A program made the translations under genes and the position numbers. From positions 1,152,001 through 1,216,000 of the forward strand of contig OZ242383.1 in the NCBI GenBank assembly GCA_965209155.1: 64,000 nucleotides of DNA. The letters are read 5' to 3'. The DNA is from a bacterium. Lineage in GTDB: Bacteria > SAR324 > NAC60-12. Positions 1 through 10,244 of this stretch are shown here, in pieces; the first letter of the stretch is position 1; each line of letters starts with the position of its first letter. The notes beneath the pieces were generated by a model. That model searched no databases and was not told the origin of the DNA. It saw nothing but the letters and a program-made list of their open reading frames with translations.

Positions 1-1641
1 GTCCTCGGCTGCCTCGTACATGGCGTCATACACCGGGTCATTGACTGCAGGTTTGTTATCGACGTCTTCCGAGTGAGCGAAACTTACAGTATAAAATGGA
101 TCAGCCTTAATACCCAATACCGTAGAAATCATGTCATGACTTCTTTCTCTAACCAGGGCATGGTGTTCGGTACCTGTAGTCACCTTCAACTTCACATCGA
201 CGCCAATATCACTCCAGTATGCTTGGGCCAATTCTTTATAGCTCACATCCCCGCTGTAGTTAAGCGTGACCGTGAATCTAATTCCGTCCGCGCCGCGAGT
301 TAATCCAGCCGCATCAAGCAACGCTTCGGCACCTTCAGGGTTATAAGCAAAACCATCCTTGACTTGCTGAGGCCACTCGTCATACGGGAAAAAATACCCT
401 GGCAATCCTACCGTCCCCTTGGGTATTGGGTCTCCTAAACCCTTAAGGAAGGTCTCGTTCACTGTCTCGAGGTCCAGTGCCATCTGCATGGCCTTTCGCA
501 CCCTGACGTCGTCAAAGGGCGGCCTACTCGTGTTGAGAGCAAAACAATTTTCCGACCGTTCCGCCCATGGGTATATCACGAGCTCGGGATTTGTCTGCTC
601 GAGTCTCTCTTTCAAATCGATATTTCTTACTGGGGAGAAGCCCTGCCAGCCCATGAAGTCAATGAGACCGGAGCGTATTGCCGCCACAGCTGCTGCTTCC
701 TCGGGTATGATCAGCATCCTAAGCTCGTCGATATAAGGCAGACGGTTCTCCGGGTATTTTTCGTCGTGGCCCCAGTAATCAGGATTCTTGGTCCAGGTCC
801 AGGAGCTACCCTCGACACGGTCAGTCAGCTCAAAGGGGCCTGTACCGACCACGTTTCTCCAATCATTCATACCGCCGTATTGCTCGATTACCTCTGGGGG
901 GTATATATACGAAATATTCGAATCCTGGATATGGATCGGGGCAGAAAGGAATGGCTTTTTCATCTTAAAAACCACTGTCCAATTGTCGGTGGCTGTTATC
1001 GACTCGAATGGCAGGGTTTGGAGCTGACCTGGGGCTATACTCGGTTCGGTGAAGCCGCTGCCCAGACCCAATACGCGGTGATAGTTATATTCGATATCCT
1101 TGGCAGTCAGCTCCCGACCGGACATAGGTGCCTTGTTATGCCAGTGAACTCCTTTGCGGATGTGAAAGATGTTAGTCAGTGGGTCGGGCGTTTCCCAGCT
1201 TTCAGCCAGCGCCCCCGTCATGGCGTATAGAGGCAACTGGTAGCCACCCACAAAAGGATATTCGTCCCTATCGATTGCCCAGTCCGCGATGGTCAGCTTC
1301 TCTAAAACGCCACTGAGAATAAATCCCACTACATGATAATCTATAGTGTCAAGACTCCCAGTATAATTGAAAGCCGTCCTATGGGTCAGTGTCCCGCCAT
1401 ACTCAGGTGCACTCACCATTTTACCAGTGGTGGGATCCATCACCATCTTTTTTTCAGCCCCGACGGCCGAATTGACCCCAAAGGCGGCCACCATCAGGGT
1501 AAAAGTGAGTAACAAGAGTTGCATCCCCGCTCCCCGCTTTCGCTGGGACAAGTTTACGAGGACAAGTTTTTGTACAGCGGACAAAGAGCCTGCCAAGTTC
1601 AGCCTCCCGAGAAAGGCGACAAATTTCTTTATAAAACCCAT
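1..1641 (-). CDS. ABC transporter substrate-binding protein, family 5 (peptide/nickel type); 3' end lies outside the window
   Basis: Absent from the ORF track because no stop codon is in the window. Minus-strand ATG at 1641 with GAGGT RBS. Translation MGFIKKF...AEKKMVMDPTTGKMVSAPEYGG...NDPVYDAMYEAAED keeps frame at both ends and is clearly paralogous to 7157-9012. Confidence 0.9.
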   Translation of the reverse strand, partial: MGFIKKFVAFLGRLNLAGSLSAVQKLVLVNLSQRKRGAGMQLLLLTFTLMVAAFGVNSAVGAEKKMVMDPTTGKMVSAPEYGGTLTHRTAFNYTGSLDTIDYHVVGFILSGVLEKLTIADWAIDRDEYPFVGGYQLPLYAMTGALAESWETPDPLTNIFHIRKGVHWHNKAPMSGRELTAKDIEYNYHRVLGLGSGFTEPSIAPGQLQTLPFESITATDNWTVVFKMKKPFLSAPIHIQDSNISYIYPPEVIEQYGGMNDWRNVVGTGPFELTDRVEGSSWTWTKNPDYWGHDEKYPENRLPYIDELRMLIIPEEAAAVAAIRSGLIDFMGWQGFSPVRNIDLKERLEQTNPELVIYPWAERSENCFALNTSRPPFDDVRVRKAMQMALDLETVNETFLKGLGDPIPKGTVGLPGYFFPYDEWPQQVKDGFAYNPEGAEALLDAAGLTRGADGIRFTVTLNYSGDVSYKELAQAYWSDIGVDVKLKVTTGTEHHALVRERSHDMISTVLGIKADPFYTVSFAHSEDVDNKPAVNDPVYDAMYEAAED

Positions 1642-1797
1642 ATTTACCTCTTTTATTTGAGGGTTTATAGAATGATTCACCCGTCTTGGGGCAAATCGGA
1701 TTTTCGCAGCAGACACGACGCCTGCCACGGTCAGCCCAACAAATCGGGCCAGAAAATTCTTAAGATACATTGGAACCTTATTCTTACATAATTGAGC

Positions 1798-2055
1798 GTA
1801 ACTATTCAGGTCTCTGAAAAACCCGTTTAGCTAAATATCATTAAAAAAGATTCCCGGAGAGGATCGATCGTTTTCAAGTCCTCCCACGATATGGTTCCAT
1901 CGATCGGGAACCCTTTTTTTCACTAAAACAACTTAGTGAAGGCATGATTTTGGCAATATACACACATTTTTAGTATAATGTCAACCCCCAAATAAAAAAA
2001 AATGCAGGATTCGTAAAAAAATTAAAAATCTATCAATCAGGAAGATCCGCTTCTT
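1798..2055 (-). repeat. Dispersed ~250 bp repeat, copy 1 (GTAACTATTCAG terminus, hairpins, TTGACA promoter-like motif)
   Basis: Near-identical to 9168-9411 and, inverted, to 26601-26852. Diverged or partial copies at 32456-32655 and 45497-45585. Confidence 0.9.
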
Positions 2056-2136
2056 GATGATCATGAGCCAAAAAGCGAAGGTTCACTCCACAATCCAGTG
2101 TTTTTTCCAATGGCGATAATGATCGTAAACGCTTTC
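2056..2136 (-). pseudogene. IS5-family transposase scrap
   Basis: Reverse complement matches 26521-26600, part of the IS5-like fragment (...SVYDHYRHWKKH). Confidence 0.65.
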
Positions 2137-2472
2137 AATGAATCGCTTAGTAAGATGTGAAATATATGTGCAAAATGAAAAACCACTATACCGTTTTTAC
2201 CAGCAAAACGGTATCGGCCGATTGGGTAGGCGCTTCCCTGAAAAAAGGGCAGGTGCAGGCTTTCCGTAGAGATCTATTCTTTTCAATCTTTGAAAAATGG
2301 AAAATCAAACCCTGTTGTGCTATATTAAAAGCCTATTTTCCTCGTCAACAAATCAAACCCGCCACCCATTTTTTTGTAAATGATCAGTCCATTTCTTTGC
2401 CCTTCGTTTATGCCCTCTACAACGATTTTCTTAATAATAGACTTCTAGCAAAGCCTGAACGGTATTTTAGGT

Positions 2473-4179
2473 ATGGAGCCCAACATGAGTCCTGAGACCT
2501 TACGCAAGATGATCAATGATGGAGAAACTATGGATGTGGAGTTCAAAGGAGAAGCCCATCGACACCTTAATGACCGGGAACTGTTAGAAACGGTTATTTG
2601 TCTAGCAAATCGCTCCGCAGAAACCCCAGGATATTTATTGATTGGTGTTGAAGATAATGGCCATATCACAGGAGCCCGCCCTCGCCATGAAGCTGGTATT
2701 ACCGACCCACAACGTATCCGGGCTCTGATTGCTAATAATACACAACCCGCTCTTTCATGTCGTATTGAAATAATGGTACTGGAAGAAGGAGAAATTCTGG
2801 TGATTGAGGTCCCCTCAAGCCGAACTCCGGTAGGAACGACCAAAGGGGTTTATTTGAGGCGGGCCATTGGAGGAAAGGGACAACCGGAGTGTCTTCCTTT
2901 TCACTATCATGAAATGCAAACCTATCAAGCGGACCGCGGATCGCTGGATTATTCTGCGCTTGTCATCCCTGAAGCCCTTTGGGAAGACCTGGATCCTCTT
3001 GAATTTGAACGATTCCGACGGAATATCCGAGAGAGCCGAGGGCGGGGAGATACGAGTTTGTTAGATTTACCTGATCTTGAACTTGCGAAAGCATTGGGAG
3101 CGGTAGAAGCCAATCACGGGGTGAAAGCAGTTCGGGTGCTGGGTTTGTTGCTCTTTGGCAGAGAAGATTCCCTCAATCGTTTCCTTCCCACTCACGAAGC
3201 AGCTTTTCAGAAACTGACCGGTATCCAAATTGTGATGAACGAATTTTTTCGCTATCCCTTATTAAGAGTGATGGATGAACTGCTTTCCCGGTTTCATACT
3301 CGTAGTCAGGAAGAAGAGGTATTGGTCGGGATGCTTCGTATTGGAGTTTCGGATTATGCTGAAAGAGCGTTTCGTGAGGCCCTTGCAAACGCTTTCATTC
3401 ACCGGGATTACACTCGTCTTGGTTCCGTTCATGTACAATGGCATCCTCATCAAATCGAGATCTCTAATCCCGGAGGATTTCCCGAGGGAGTGAGGTTGGA
3501 CAATATATTGGTCACTCCTCCCCGCTCTCGAAATCCTTTATTGGCTGATGCTTTTAAGCGGGCAGGGATTGTCGAACGAACAGCCAGAGGGATTGACACT
3601 ATTTTCTACGAACAATTGAGAAACGGACGACTGGCTCCTCATTATGAACGCAGCACTCCTACTGACGTAATACTGGTCTTACCAGGGGGGAAGGCCCACC
3701 TTAATTTTGTCCGGCTTGTCGCCCAGGAAAACCAAAATGGAGACACCTTAACCCTGGATGATCTCCTGATTCTCAATGGCCTTTGGTTGGAACGTGATCT
3801 GGATGCTGCCCGGGCTGCAAGATTGATTCAAAAACCGGAATCAGAAGCCAAGGGTGTACTGGGACACCTGATTGAAGCGGGATTAGTGGAATCAAGAGGA
3901 GGACGCAAAGTTAGGCGTTACCTTCTCTCCACCCAAACTTATCGTCGTTTAGGGGAGGACTCAGCGAATAGTCGTCAACACGGATTCGAACCTTTACCAC
4001 AAGAACAGATGATTTTGCAGTATGTGAACAAACAGGGTCGCATCACCCGCAGAGAAACAGCTGAATTATGCCAGATTGGCTCGGATCAGGCTAAACGACT
4101 CCTTAAAAAATTAGTAGCAACAGGAAAACTGGTACAACACGGAGAAAAAAAAGGGACATGGTATACAAACCGCCCATAA
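2473..4179 (+). CDS. AlbA_2 (Schlafen-like) + HATPase_c_4/RecG-C + winged-helix protein
   Basis: N-terminal GETMDVEFK...ICLAN...GYLLIGVEDNG, central REALANAFIHRDY...ISNPGG...RNPLLADAF...ERTARGI, and C-terminal ITRRETAELC HTH. Confidence 0.88.
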   Translation: MEPNMSPETLRKMINDGETMDVEFKGEAHRHLNDRELLETVICLANRSAETPGYLLIGVEDNGHITGARPRHEAGITDPQRIRALIANNTQPALSCRIEIMVLEEGEILVIEVPSSRTPVGTTKGVYLRRAIGGKGQPECLPFHYHEMQTYQADRGSLDYSALVIPEALWEDLDPLEFERFRRNIRESRGRGDTSLLDLPDLELAKALGAVEANHGVKAVRVLGLLLFGREDSLNRFLPTHEAAFQKLTGIQIVMNEFFRYPLLRVMDELLSRFHTRSQEEEVLVGMLRIGVSDYAERAFREALANAFIHRDYTRLGSVHVQWHPHQIEISNPGGFPEGVRLDNILVTPPRSRNPLLADAFKRAGIVERTARGIDTIFYEQLRNGRLAPHYERSTPTDVILVLPGGKAHLNFVRLVAQENQNGDTLTLDDLLILNGLWLERDLDAARAARLIQKPESEAKGVLGHLIEAGLVESRGGRKVRRYLLSTQTYRRLGEDSANSRQHGFEPLPQEQMILQYVNKQGRITRRETAELCQIGSDQAKRLLKKLVATGKLVQHGEKKGTWYTNRP

Positions 4180-4239
4180 ATATGGACTCATCTAAAAAAA
4201 TATGGGCGCGCCCATAAATATGGGAAAAAATAAGGGTCG

Positions 4240-4720
4240 ACGCGCGGATCAGTCCTCTGATTCCCTGGGTGAACGCTCAAAGATCCCTAAAATGATTGCC
4301 CCAGTCGGGAAACCTTTTGAAGTCCTGGTACTTATTCAAAATGCGGATGGCCGTTCTCCCTTTGACCATGCCGACAAAATCAGAGACCGCTCCTTTCGGA
4401 GGGATCATCACTAAAAGATGAACGTGATCTATTTGAACATTCAATTCCACCAGTTCAAACTTTTTTTGTCCGGGAAAAATCCGGATACAACGATCAACTT
4501 CCTCGCCAAGGGACCATGAAGGACACGATAACGATATTTCGGACACCAAACTATATGATATTGGCAATACCAGATGGTATGTGTTAATTTTCTGAATCGA
4601 CTCATAATTACCTTTTTGGTTAAAGTTGTGGGGACAACTACAACCTAAAGTGTAACTATGAGTCGCTCAAGTGGCAAAGCCTTAGTTTTTTACCCCGCCC
4701 AAAGGGCGGGGATTTCCAGG
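4240..4720 (-). mobile_element. tnpA: IS200/IS605-family relic with frameshifted, truncated tnpA (ATG at 4605)
   Basis: MSRFRKLTHTIWYCQYHIVWCPKYRY and, in another frame, DHVHLLVMIPPK (HUH motif). End hairpin CCCCGCCC-AAA-GGGCGGGG at 4693-4711. The lower boundary is approximate. Confidence 0.85.
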
Positions 4721-5038
4721 CTCGATTAAAGAGGACGGATTTCAACTTGTTTGGTCTTACATCTTGCAAAGTGAAAACGAAGCAAATCCATACAGTCTCC
4801 GCCTCTGGTAGCGCAAGTCCCAGGGGCGCCAGTACAAATACAACGCCGAGTGGCTGGCGACGGGAAAGCGGTGAACCCATGATGCCGTTGGATCATTGGT
4901 TCAGGACCTATCACAATGGCTCTCACGAGGCCCACGAAGCGATCCTGAAGAAGCAAGCCCAGAAAAACAGAAGGTACAGTGCCTGGAATGCAATAGCTAA
5001 CTCAAATGGATGTTTGACTAAGGGCTCCTTTTGTCCGT

Positions 5039-6010
5039 TTACCATTTGAAAGGGTGGATCAGTCGGGCCAGGAGGCCTCTTTTGCGTTTCACCTTCGCGG
5101 TGCCGTAACGGCCCTCACCGCCTCGCAGGCGGGGATCGAGCAGGTCCCGCAGGGCATCGCCGAACATGTTGAGGGAGTAGACGACAATCGTCAGGCACAG
5201 CCCCGGCCAGAAAGCCAGCCGTGGCGCCTGCTCCATGTACTGGCGTCCCTCGCGGCTGAGCATCGCGCCCCAGTCGGGAAACGCAGGAGGCAGACCGTAT
5301 CCGAGAAAGCTCAGAGCGGCTGCGGAGAGGATGTTGCCTCCGATGTTGACCGAGAAGATGATGATCAGGGGAGCTACGATATTGGGCAGGACATGCCGCA
5401 TCAGGGTTTTGAGGGTGGGGCTGCCCACGGCCTGGACGGCCAGGAAGTAGTCATTCTCTTTAATGCCGATCACGGCGCCCCGGGGGACGCGGGAGCCACT
5501 AATCCCTCCGGTGATCCCCAGCACCACGATGATCTGGAATAAACCCGTCCCCACGATGGACATGATGGTTAACAAGAGCAGCAGTCCCGGAAAACACATC
5601 CAGGCATCGACCAAGCGCTGCACCACCAGGTCGAATTTCCCGCCAATGAATCCGGAAGTGCCGCCGATGAGGACCGCGACGAGCACATTGAGCGTGGTGG
5701 CGACCAGTCCGACAATCAAGGAAAGACGCGCCCCATGGATCAGGCGGCTCAACAAGTCGCGCCCGATATGGTCGGTGCCCAGGAGATACCGGGCGGAGGG
5801 GCCCTGAAACCGGTCTCTCAGGTGCATTTCATAAAAGGGATAAGGCGCCAGCGCATCGGCAAAGATGGCCACAAAAATCAAGAGCAAGACGATCATTCCG
5901 CAGGCCATCCCCAGGGGCTTCTCCTTGAGCAGCCTGATCAGGAAATCCGCAAAACGGCCTCGTCGCTTGCGGTCCTTGATGACGGATGGGGTTTCTTTGG
6001 TGTTATTCAT
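5039..6010 (-). CDS. dppC: Peptide/nickel ABC transporter permease (DppC/OppC type)
   Basis: LLGTDHIGRDLLSRLIHGAR, RHVLPN, LSFLGYG...WGAML and FGDALRDLLDPR motifs. Confidence 0.95.
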   Translation of the reverse strand: MNNTKETPSVIKDRKRRGRFADFLIRLLKEKPLGMACGMIVLLLIFVAIFADALAPYPFYEMHLRDRFQGPSARYLLGTDHIGRDLLSRLIHGARLSLIVGLVATTLNVLVAVLIGGTSGFIGGKFDLVVQRLVDAWMCFPGLLLLLTIMSIVGTGLFQIIVVLGITGGISGSRVPRGAVIGIKENDYFLAVQAVGSPTLKTLMRHVLPNIVAPLIIIFSVNIGGNILSAAALSFLGYGLPPAFPDWGAMLSREGRQYMEQAPRLAFWPGLCLTIVVYSLNMFGDALRDLLDPRLRGGEGRYGTAKVKRKRGLLARLIHPFKW

Positions 6011-6028
6011 GATCCCGATTTCTCTAAA

Positions 6029-6100
6029 GGTAGGGCCGGGTAACGTCCCGGCTTAAAAAACGCATCGCTCGCATTGGCCGGGACGTCACCCGGCCCTACC
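6029..6100. repeat. REP-like GTAG palindrome
   Basis: GGTAGGGCCGGGTAACGTCCCGGC ... GCCGGGACGTCACCCGGCCCTACC. Second copy at 11914-11985. Confidence 0.8.
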
Positions 6101-6150
6101 GTTTTCTTGGTGATATTAATCCTAACTCCTAACCCCTGTCGCGCCAGCGA

Positions 6151-7149
6151 CTATTCATACCGCACCCTCGGGTCCAAATAGGGATAAATCAGGTCGATGA
6201 GGAGATTGATCCCCATCACCCCGGCGGCGAAAAACAGGTTGACTCCGGAGACCACCGGGTAGTCTCGGTCCTGGAGTGCCAGCAGCAAGAGACGACCGAT
6301 CCCCGGCAGGTTGAAGATGTTCTCCATGATCACGGCGCCCCCGACCAGGAGAGGCAACTGCAGGCCGATCAGGGTGATAACCGGGATGAAGGCATTCTTT
6401 ACGGCGTGTCTCACTACGACGACCCGCTCCTTGAGACCCTTGGCCCAGGCGGTGCGGATATAGTCCTGCCTTAAGACCTCCAGCATCATGGTGCGCGTCA
6501 TCCGCATCGTGGCTGCAGCCGATGCCGTCCCCAGAATCAGGCTGGGAATGATGAACATGCCGAGATTCCCCAGCGGGTCTTCGGTGAAGGGAATCAGCTC
6601 CATCGAGGGCGACCAGCCCCACCAGATTACCGGGTAGAGCATGACCATAATACCCAGCCAGAAGTTCGGCGTGGCCAGACCGATGATGGCGAAGGTGCGC
6701 CCCAGGTAGTCGGCGGCCGTATCCTGGCGAATCGCCGAGTAGATGCCGACCGGCAGCGCGATCAACAGCCCGATGACGATGGCCAGGACACCAAGCTCCA
6801 GGGTGACGGGCAATCGAATGAATATCTCCACCTCTACCGGCCAACCGCCCAGCAGGGATTTGCCCAGGCTGCCCTGGAGGATACCGTTGAAGCGGGACTC
6901 ACCGGTAACCCAGTCAGGGGTCGGCAACACTCCGATCCAGCGTCCATACTGCACGTAGACGGGCACGTCCAGTCCCAGCATATGCTCAAGAGCTTCACGG
7001 TCTACATGGCCCAGGTCGCGCATCATATCACCCACCATTGTGTCTATTATATCGCCCGGGATGAAGCGGACCGAGAGAAAGACCAGGATACTCAATAGAA
7101 ACAGGGTGGGGATAATCAGCAATAACCGCCTGATGATATAGGCTCTCAT
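6151..7149 (-). CDS. dppB: Peptide/nickel ABC transporter permease (DppB/OppB type)
   Basis: MRAYIIRRLL...IPGD, RLPVTLEL, MLEVLRQDYIRTAWAKGL and YLDPRVRY. Confidence 0.95.
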   Translation of the reverse strand: MRAYIIRRLLLIIPTLFLLSILVFLSVRFIPGDIIDTMVGDMMRDLGHVDREALEHMLGLDVPVYVQYGRWIGVLPTPDWVTGESRFNGILQGSLGKSLLGGWPVEVEIFIRLPVTLELGVLAIVIGLLIALPVGIYSAIRQDTAADYLGRTFAIIGLATPNFWLGIMVMLYPVIWWGWSPSMELIPFTEDPLGNLGMFIIPSLILGTASAAATMRMTRTMMLEVLRQDYIRTAWAKGLKERVVVVRHAVKNAFIPVITLIGLQLPLLVGGAVIMENIFNLPGIGRLLLLALQDRDYPVVSGVNLFFAAGVMGINLLIDLIYPYLDPRVRYE

Positions 7150-7156
7150 ATGAACC

Positions 7157-9012
7157 CTAATAACCCATTGCCTCCTTCAGCTCCTGGTCAATCCAGAGGC
7201 GCGCGAGGATGGGAGTAAAGTCCAGCGTTGATAACGCGATTTCATGGTTATGACCTTTGACCCACGGCTGGAGCGCGCCATATTGTGGCATTTCAACCCC
7301 CCATATGTACCAGTGCTTCTCTATAATGTACATATCTGCCTCTTTAACCAGCCTCTGCTGCTCCTCAAGGGTGGTAGCGGCGAAGACGGCGTCATACATG
7401 GCGTCGAAAACCGGGTCCTGGGCTCCGCTGCGGCCCCAGACAGTCGAGAATTTTTCCGAATGGAACGCGCCTAACAGCCAGGTAAGATGAAAATCCCAGC
7501 CGTTTACAGCATTCACCATACCTTCAAAAGTATGTTCCCTTATACTAGAGGTATGACGAGCTCGGTCCTGTATAAAAATCTCTACCTCAACCCCAATGGC
7601 ACGCCAGTACTCTACGAGTATTTCTGCATAGCTTAGAGGCATAGCGTAGTAGTATTCCCAGGTGGTCTTGAATCTAATGCCGTCGGCGCCGCGCGGATAC
7701 CCAGCCTCATCAAGCAACGCTTCTGCCCCTTCCGGGTCATACCTGTAGTATTGCTTGATCTCCTCGGGCCACTCTTCAAATGGGTTGTTCATCCCTTTCA
7801 TACCAAGCCCTACCATCCCCTGAGGTGTCGGACTTCCCCAACCCTTAGCGTAGGTCTCGTTAATTGTCTCGTTGTCCATTGCCATCTGCATTGCGTGCCG
7901 CACCCTGACATCATCAAAGGGCGGCTTGCGTACGTCGGGAGCAATACTCATAGTATTCCGAGCTCCAATCGGCGACCACGCGATTTCGGGGTTGGTCCGC
8001 ATGACGCTCGCTATCACCTCGTAATCCGCTAGCTCACCACCGTCGCCACGACCCATCACATCGATCTTACCCGTGCGCAGTGCCGCTATAACTGCTCCGG
8101 CTTCTTTAATAACCAGACGCCTATACTCGTCAACATAGGGCAAGCGGTTCTCCGGGTATTTTTCGTCGTAGCCCCAGTAGTCAGGATTCTTGGTATAGGT
8201 TTCAGAGCTACCAAAGACCCGGTCAGTCAGCATAAAGGGCCCGGTGCCGACCAGGTTCCTCTGGTCCGTAAGGTCGCCGTGTTGCTCGATTACCTCGGGG
8301 GTAATATCCAAGCCTGGTCGTCGAGTATAATCTGCAGCGCATCGAGGTTTAGCTCCTTCAGCTTATAAACAACCGTCCATTTGTCGGTGGCCGTTATCGA
8401 TTCCCATGGCAGATTGGCGACGTTTTGTACAGCGGGACTAGGTCCGGCTTCGGTGAAGTCGCCCATACCCGTATAACGGAGATAGTTCCATTCGATATCA
8501 TAGGCAGTTAACTCCCGACCGTTCATCGGTGGCTTATTATGCCAGTGAACGCCCTTGCGGATTTTGAAGACATAAGTTGTTGGGTCGGTTTGCTCCCAGC
8601 TTTCCGCCAGCCGCCCTGTTAAGACAGATACCGGTATATAGAAACCACTAAAGCTAAATTCGTCCCTATCTATTGCCCAGTTCCCGATGCCCAGCTTCTC
8701 TATAACGCCACCGACGTTCGCCCCATACGTAAACCAGGGGTCGGAAGTACGCGCAGGCTCGATCCTCATAGCCTGGGTGAATGTCCCCCCATATCGTGGG
8801 GCTTCCACCATTTCACCGGTGGTGGGATCCATCACCATCTTTTTCTCAGCCGCCACGGCCGAACCGACCCAGAGGGCGGCCACCATCAGGGTGAGGGTGA
8901 ACAACCAGGATTGCATCCCCGCTTTTGCGAGGACAAGTTTTTGTACAGCAGACCGCAAGCCTGCCGGGTTCAGCCCCACGAGGGGGGCAACAAGTTTTTT
9001 TATAATACTCAT
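7157..9012 (-). pseudogene. Family 5 ABC substrate-binding protein split by a 1-bp frameshift near 8297-8301
   Basis: ORFs 8290-9012 and 7157-8311 join into one protein if the C5 run in W-I-L-P-P-E-V-I is C6, as it is in the paralog at about 886-891. Could be a sequencing error. Confidence 0.85.
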
Positions 9013-9167
9013 GATTACCTCTTTCAATTGAGGGTGCAGAAAATGATTCACCCGCCATGAGGTGAATCGGATTTTCGCAGCAGACACGACGTCTGCCACG
9101 ATCAGCCCAACGAAGCGGAACAGAAATTTCTTAAGATACATTGGAACCTCTTCTTACATAATTGAGC

Positions 9168-9411
9168 GTAACTATTCAGGTCTCTGAAAAACCCGTTTAG
9201 CTAAATATCATTAAAAAAGATTCCCGTAGAGGATCGATCGTTTTCAAGTCCTCCCACGATATGGTTCCATTGATCGGGAACCCTCTCTTTCACTAAAACA
9301 ACTTAGTGAAGGCATAATTTTGGCAATATATTTTTAGTATAATGTCAACCCCCAAATAAAAAAAATGCAGGATTCGTAAAAAAATTAAAAATCTATCAAT
9401 CAGGGAGATCC
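9168..9411 (-). repeat. Dispersed ~250 bp repeat, copy 2
   Basis: Direct repeat of 1798-2055 with a 6-bp deletion in the promoter-like spacer. Similarity continues through the leader into the binding-protein gene. Confidence 0.9.
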
Positions 9412-9461
9412 ACGTTCTAAGCGCTCTTGCTTCCATAAATCAATATTTTAATAATTATTAT

Positions 9462-9540
9462 GTGTCATGCCGGACTTGATCCGTCATCCAATTATCGCCC
9501 GTATCCCCCTGGATTCCTGGTCTGTGCCAGGAATGACACG
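9462..9540. repeat. RPE/REP-like palindromic element
   Basis: GTGTCATGCCGGACTTGATCCGTCATCCA ... TGGATTCCTGGTCTGTGCCAGGAATGACAC with complementary termini. Confidence 0.7.
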
Positions 9541-9767
9541 TTTTTAACTCCTGATTCACGTATATCTCACAATTATCTAAGTAAGCATTGACAACCCCCA
9601 ACAAACCGTTCGACACGGAGTTCATAGGGCCGCGCTTTGATCGAACATCTTCGTCAATTTTGAAAGTTTGTTTCATCTTCCAAGTTCATTGTAGCCCCAT
9701 GAACCCGATCGGTTTGGCGTTGCTGGTAATACAGAACAAATCTCCTTGTGATCTATAAATTGCATAA

Positions 9768-9822
9768 ATCGAACAAGGCACTGGAGGTGACGCTTAACAG
9801 CGCACCTCGGCTTCATGCTGCT
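9768..9822 (+). other. Degenerate attC-like integron cassette site
   Basis: ATCGAAC-AAGGCACTGGAGGTGACGC-TTAACA-GCGCACCTCGGCTTCATGCT. R''/L''-like start and internal hairpin are present, but the terminal GTT is degenerate. Confidence 0.55.
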
Positions 9823-9894
9823 TTATGAATCACACTTTCTTCCTCAAAATATAAAAAATTAATTCAATCCGGAGAAAAAGCTCTACAAGAAGGG

Positions 9895-9922
9895 TTGACA
9901 TATTTTAACCATGAACTATAAT
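9895..9922 (+). promoter_or_regulatory. Sigma70 promoter of the TA operon
   Basis: TTGACA-16 bp-TATAAT, overlapped by a TAACCAT...ATGGTTA inverted repeat (possible autoregulatory operator). Confidence 0.75.
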
Positions 9923-9959
9923 GACTCATATAATTAATATGGTTATACAGGAGAGCACT

Positions 9960-10244
9960 ATGGAAAGAGTAATTGATGTGACAACAGCACGCAGACAACT
10001 GGGTACCCTATTAGATGAAGTCTTTTATAAAGGAGAAATTATAACAATAGAAAGGAAAGGGAAGCCTCTCGCTAAGATCATCCCATTTAAAGAGGCCGCT
10101 TCTCACTTATCTTCTGAACAGAAAGAACTTCTCGAGGAACTTCACAGTTTGCCTACAATCCCAACAGCTCAAGATCCAACTACGATTTTAAGAAAAATTC
10201 GTAAACAGAAGAGAATTCAAGCAAATGTGGACTATGGAAAATGA
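9960..10244 (+). CDS. Phd/YefM-family antitoxin
   Basis: IDVTTARRQLGTLLDEV...GEIITIERKGKPLAKIIP, AGGAG RBS, and overlap with the PIN gene. Confidence 0.9.
   Translation: MERVIDVTTARRQLGTLLDEVFYKGEIITIERKGKPLAKIIPFKEAASHLSSEQKELLEELHSLPTIPTAQDPTTILRKIRKQKRIQANVDYGK

Noticed and set aside
4726..5035. Short ORFs or a possible RAYT transposase remnant
   Set aside because: No convincing motif in the frames examined. Cannot be supported by eye.
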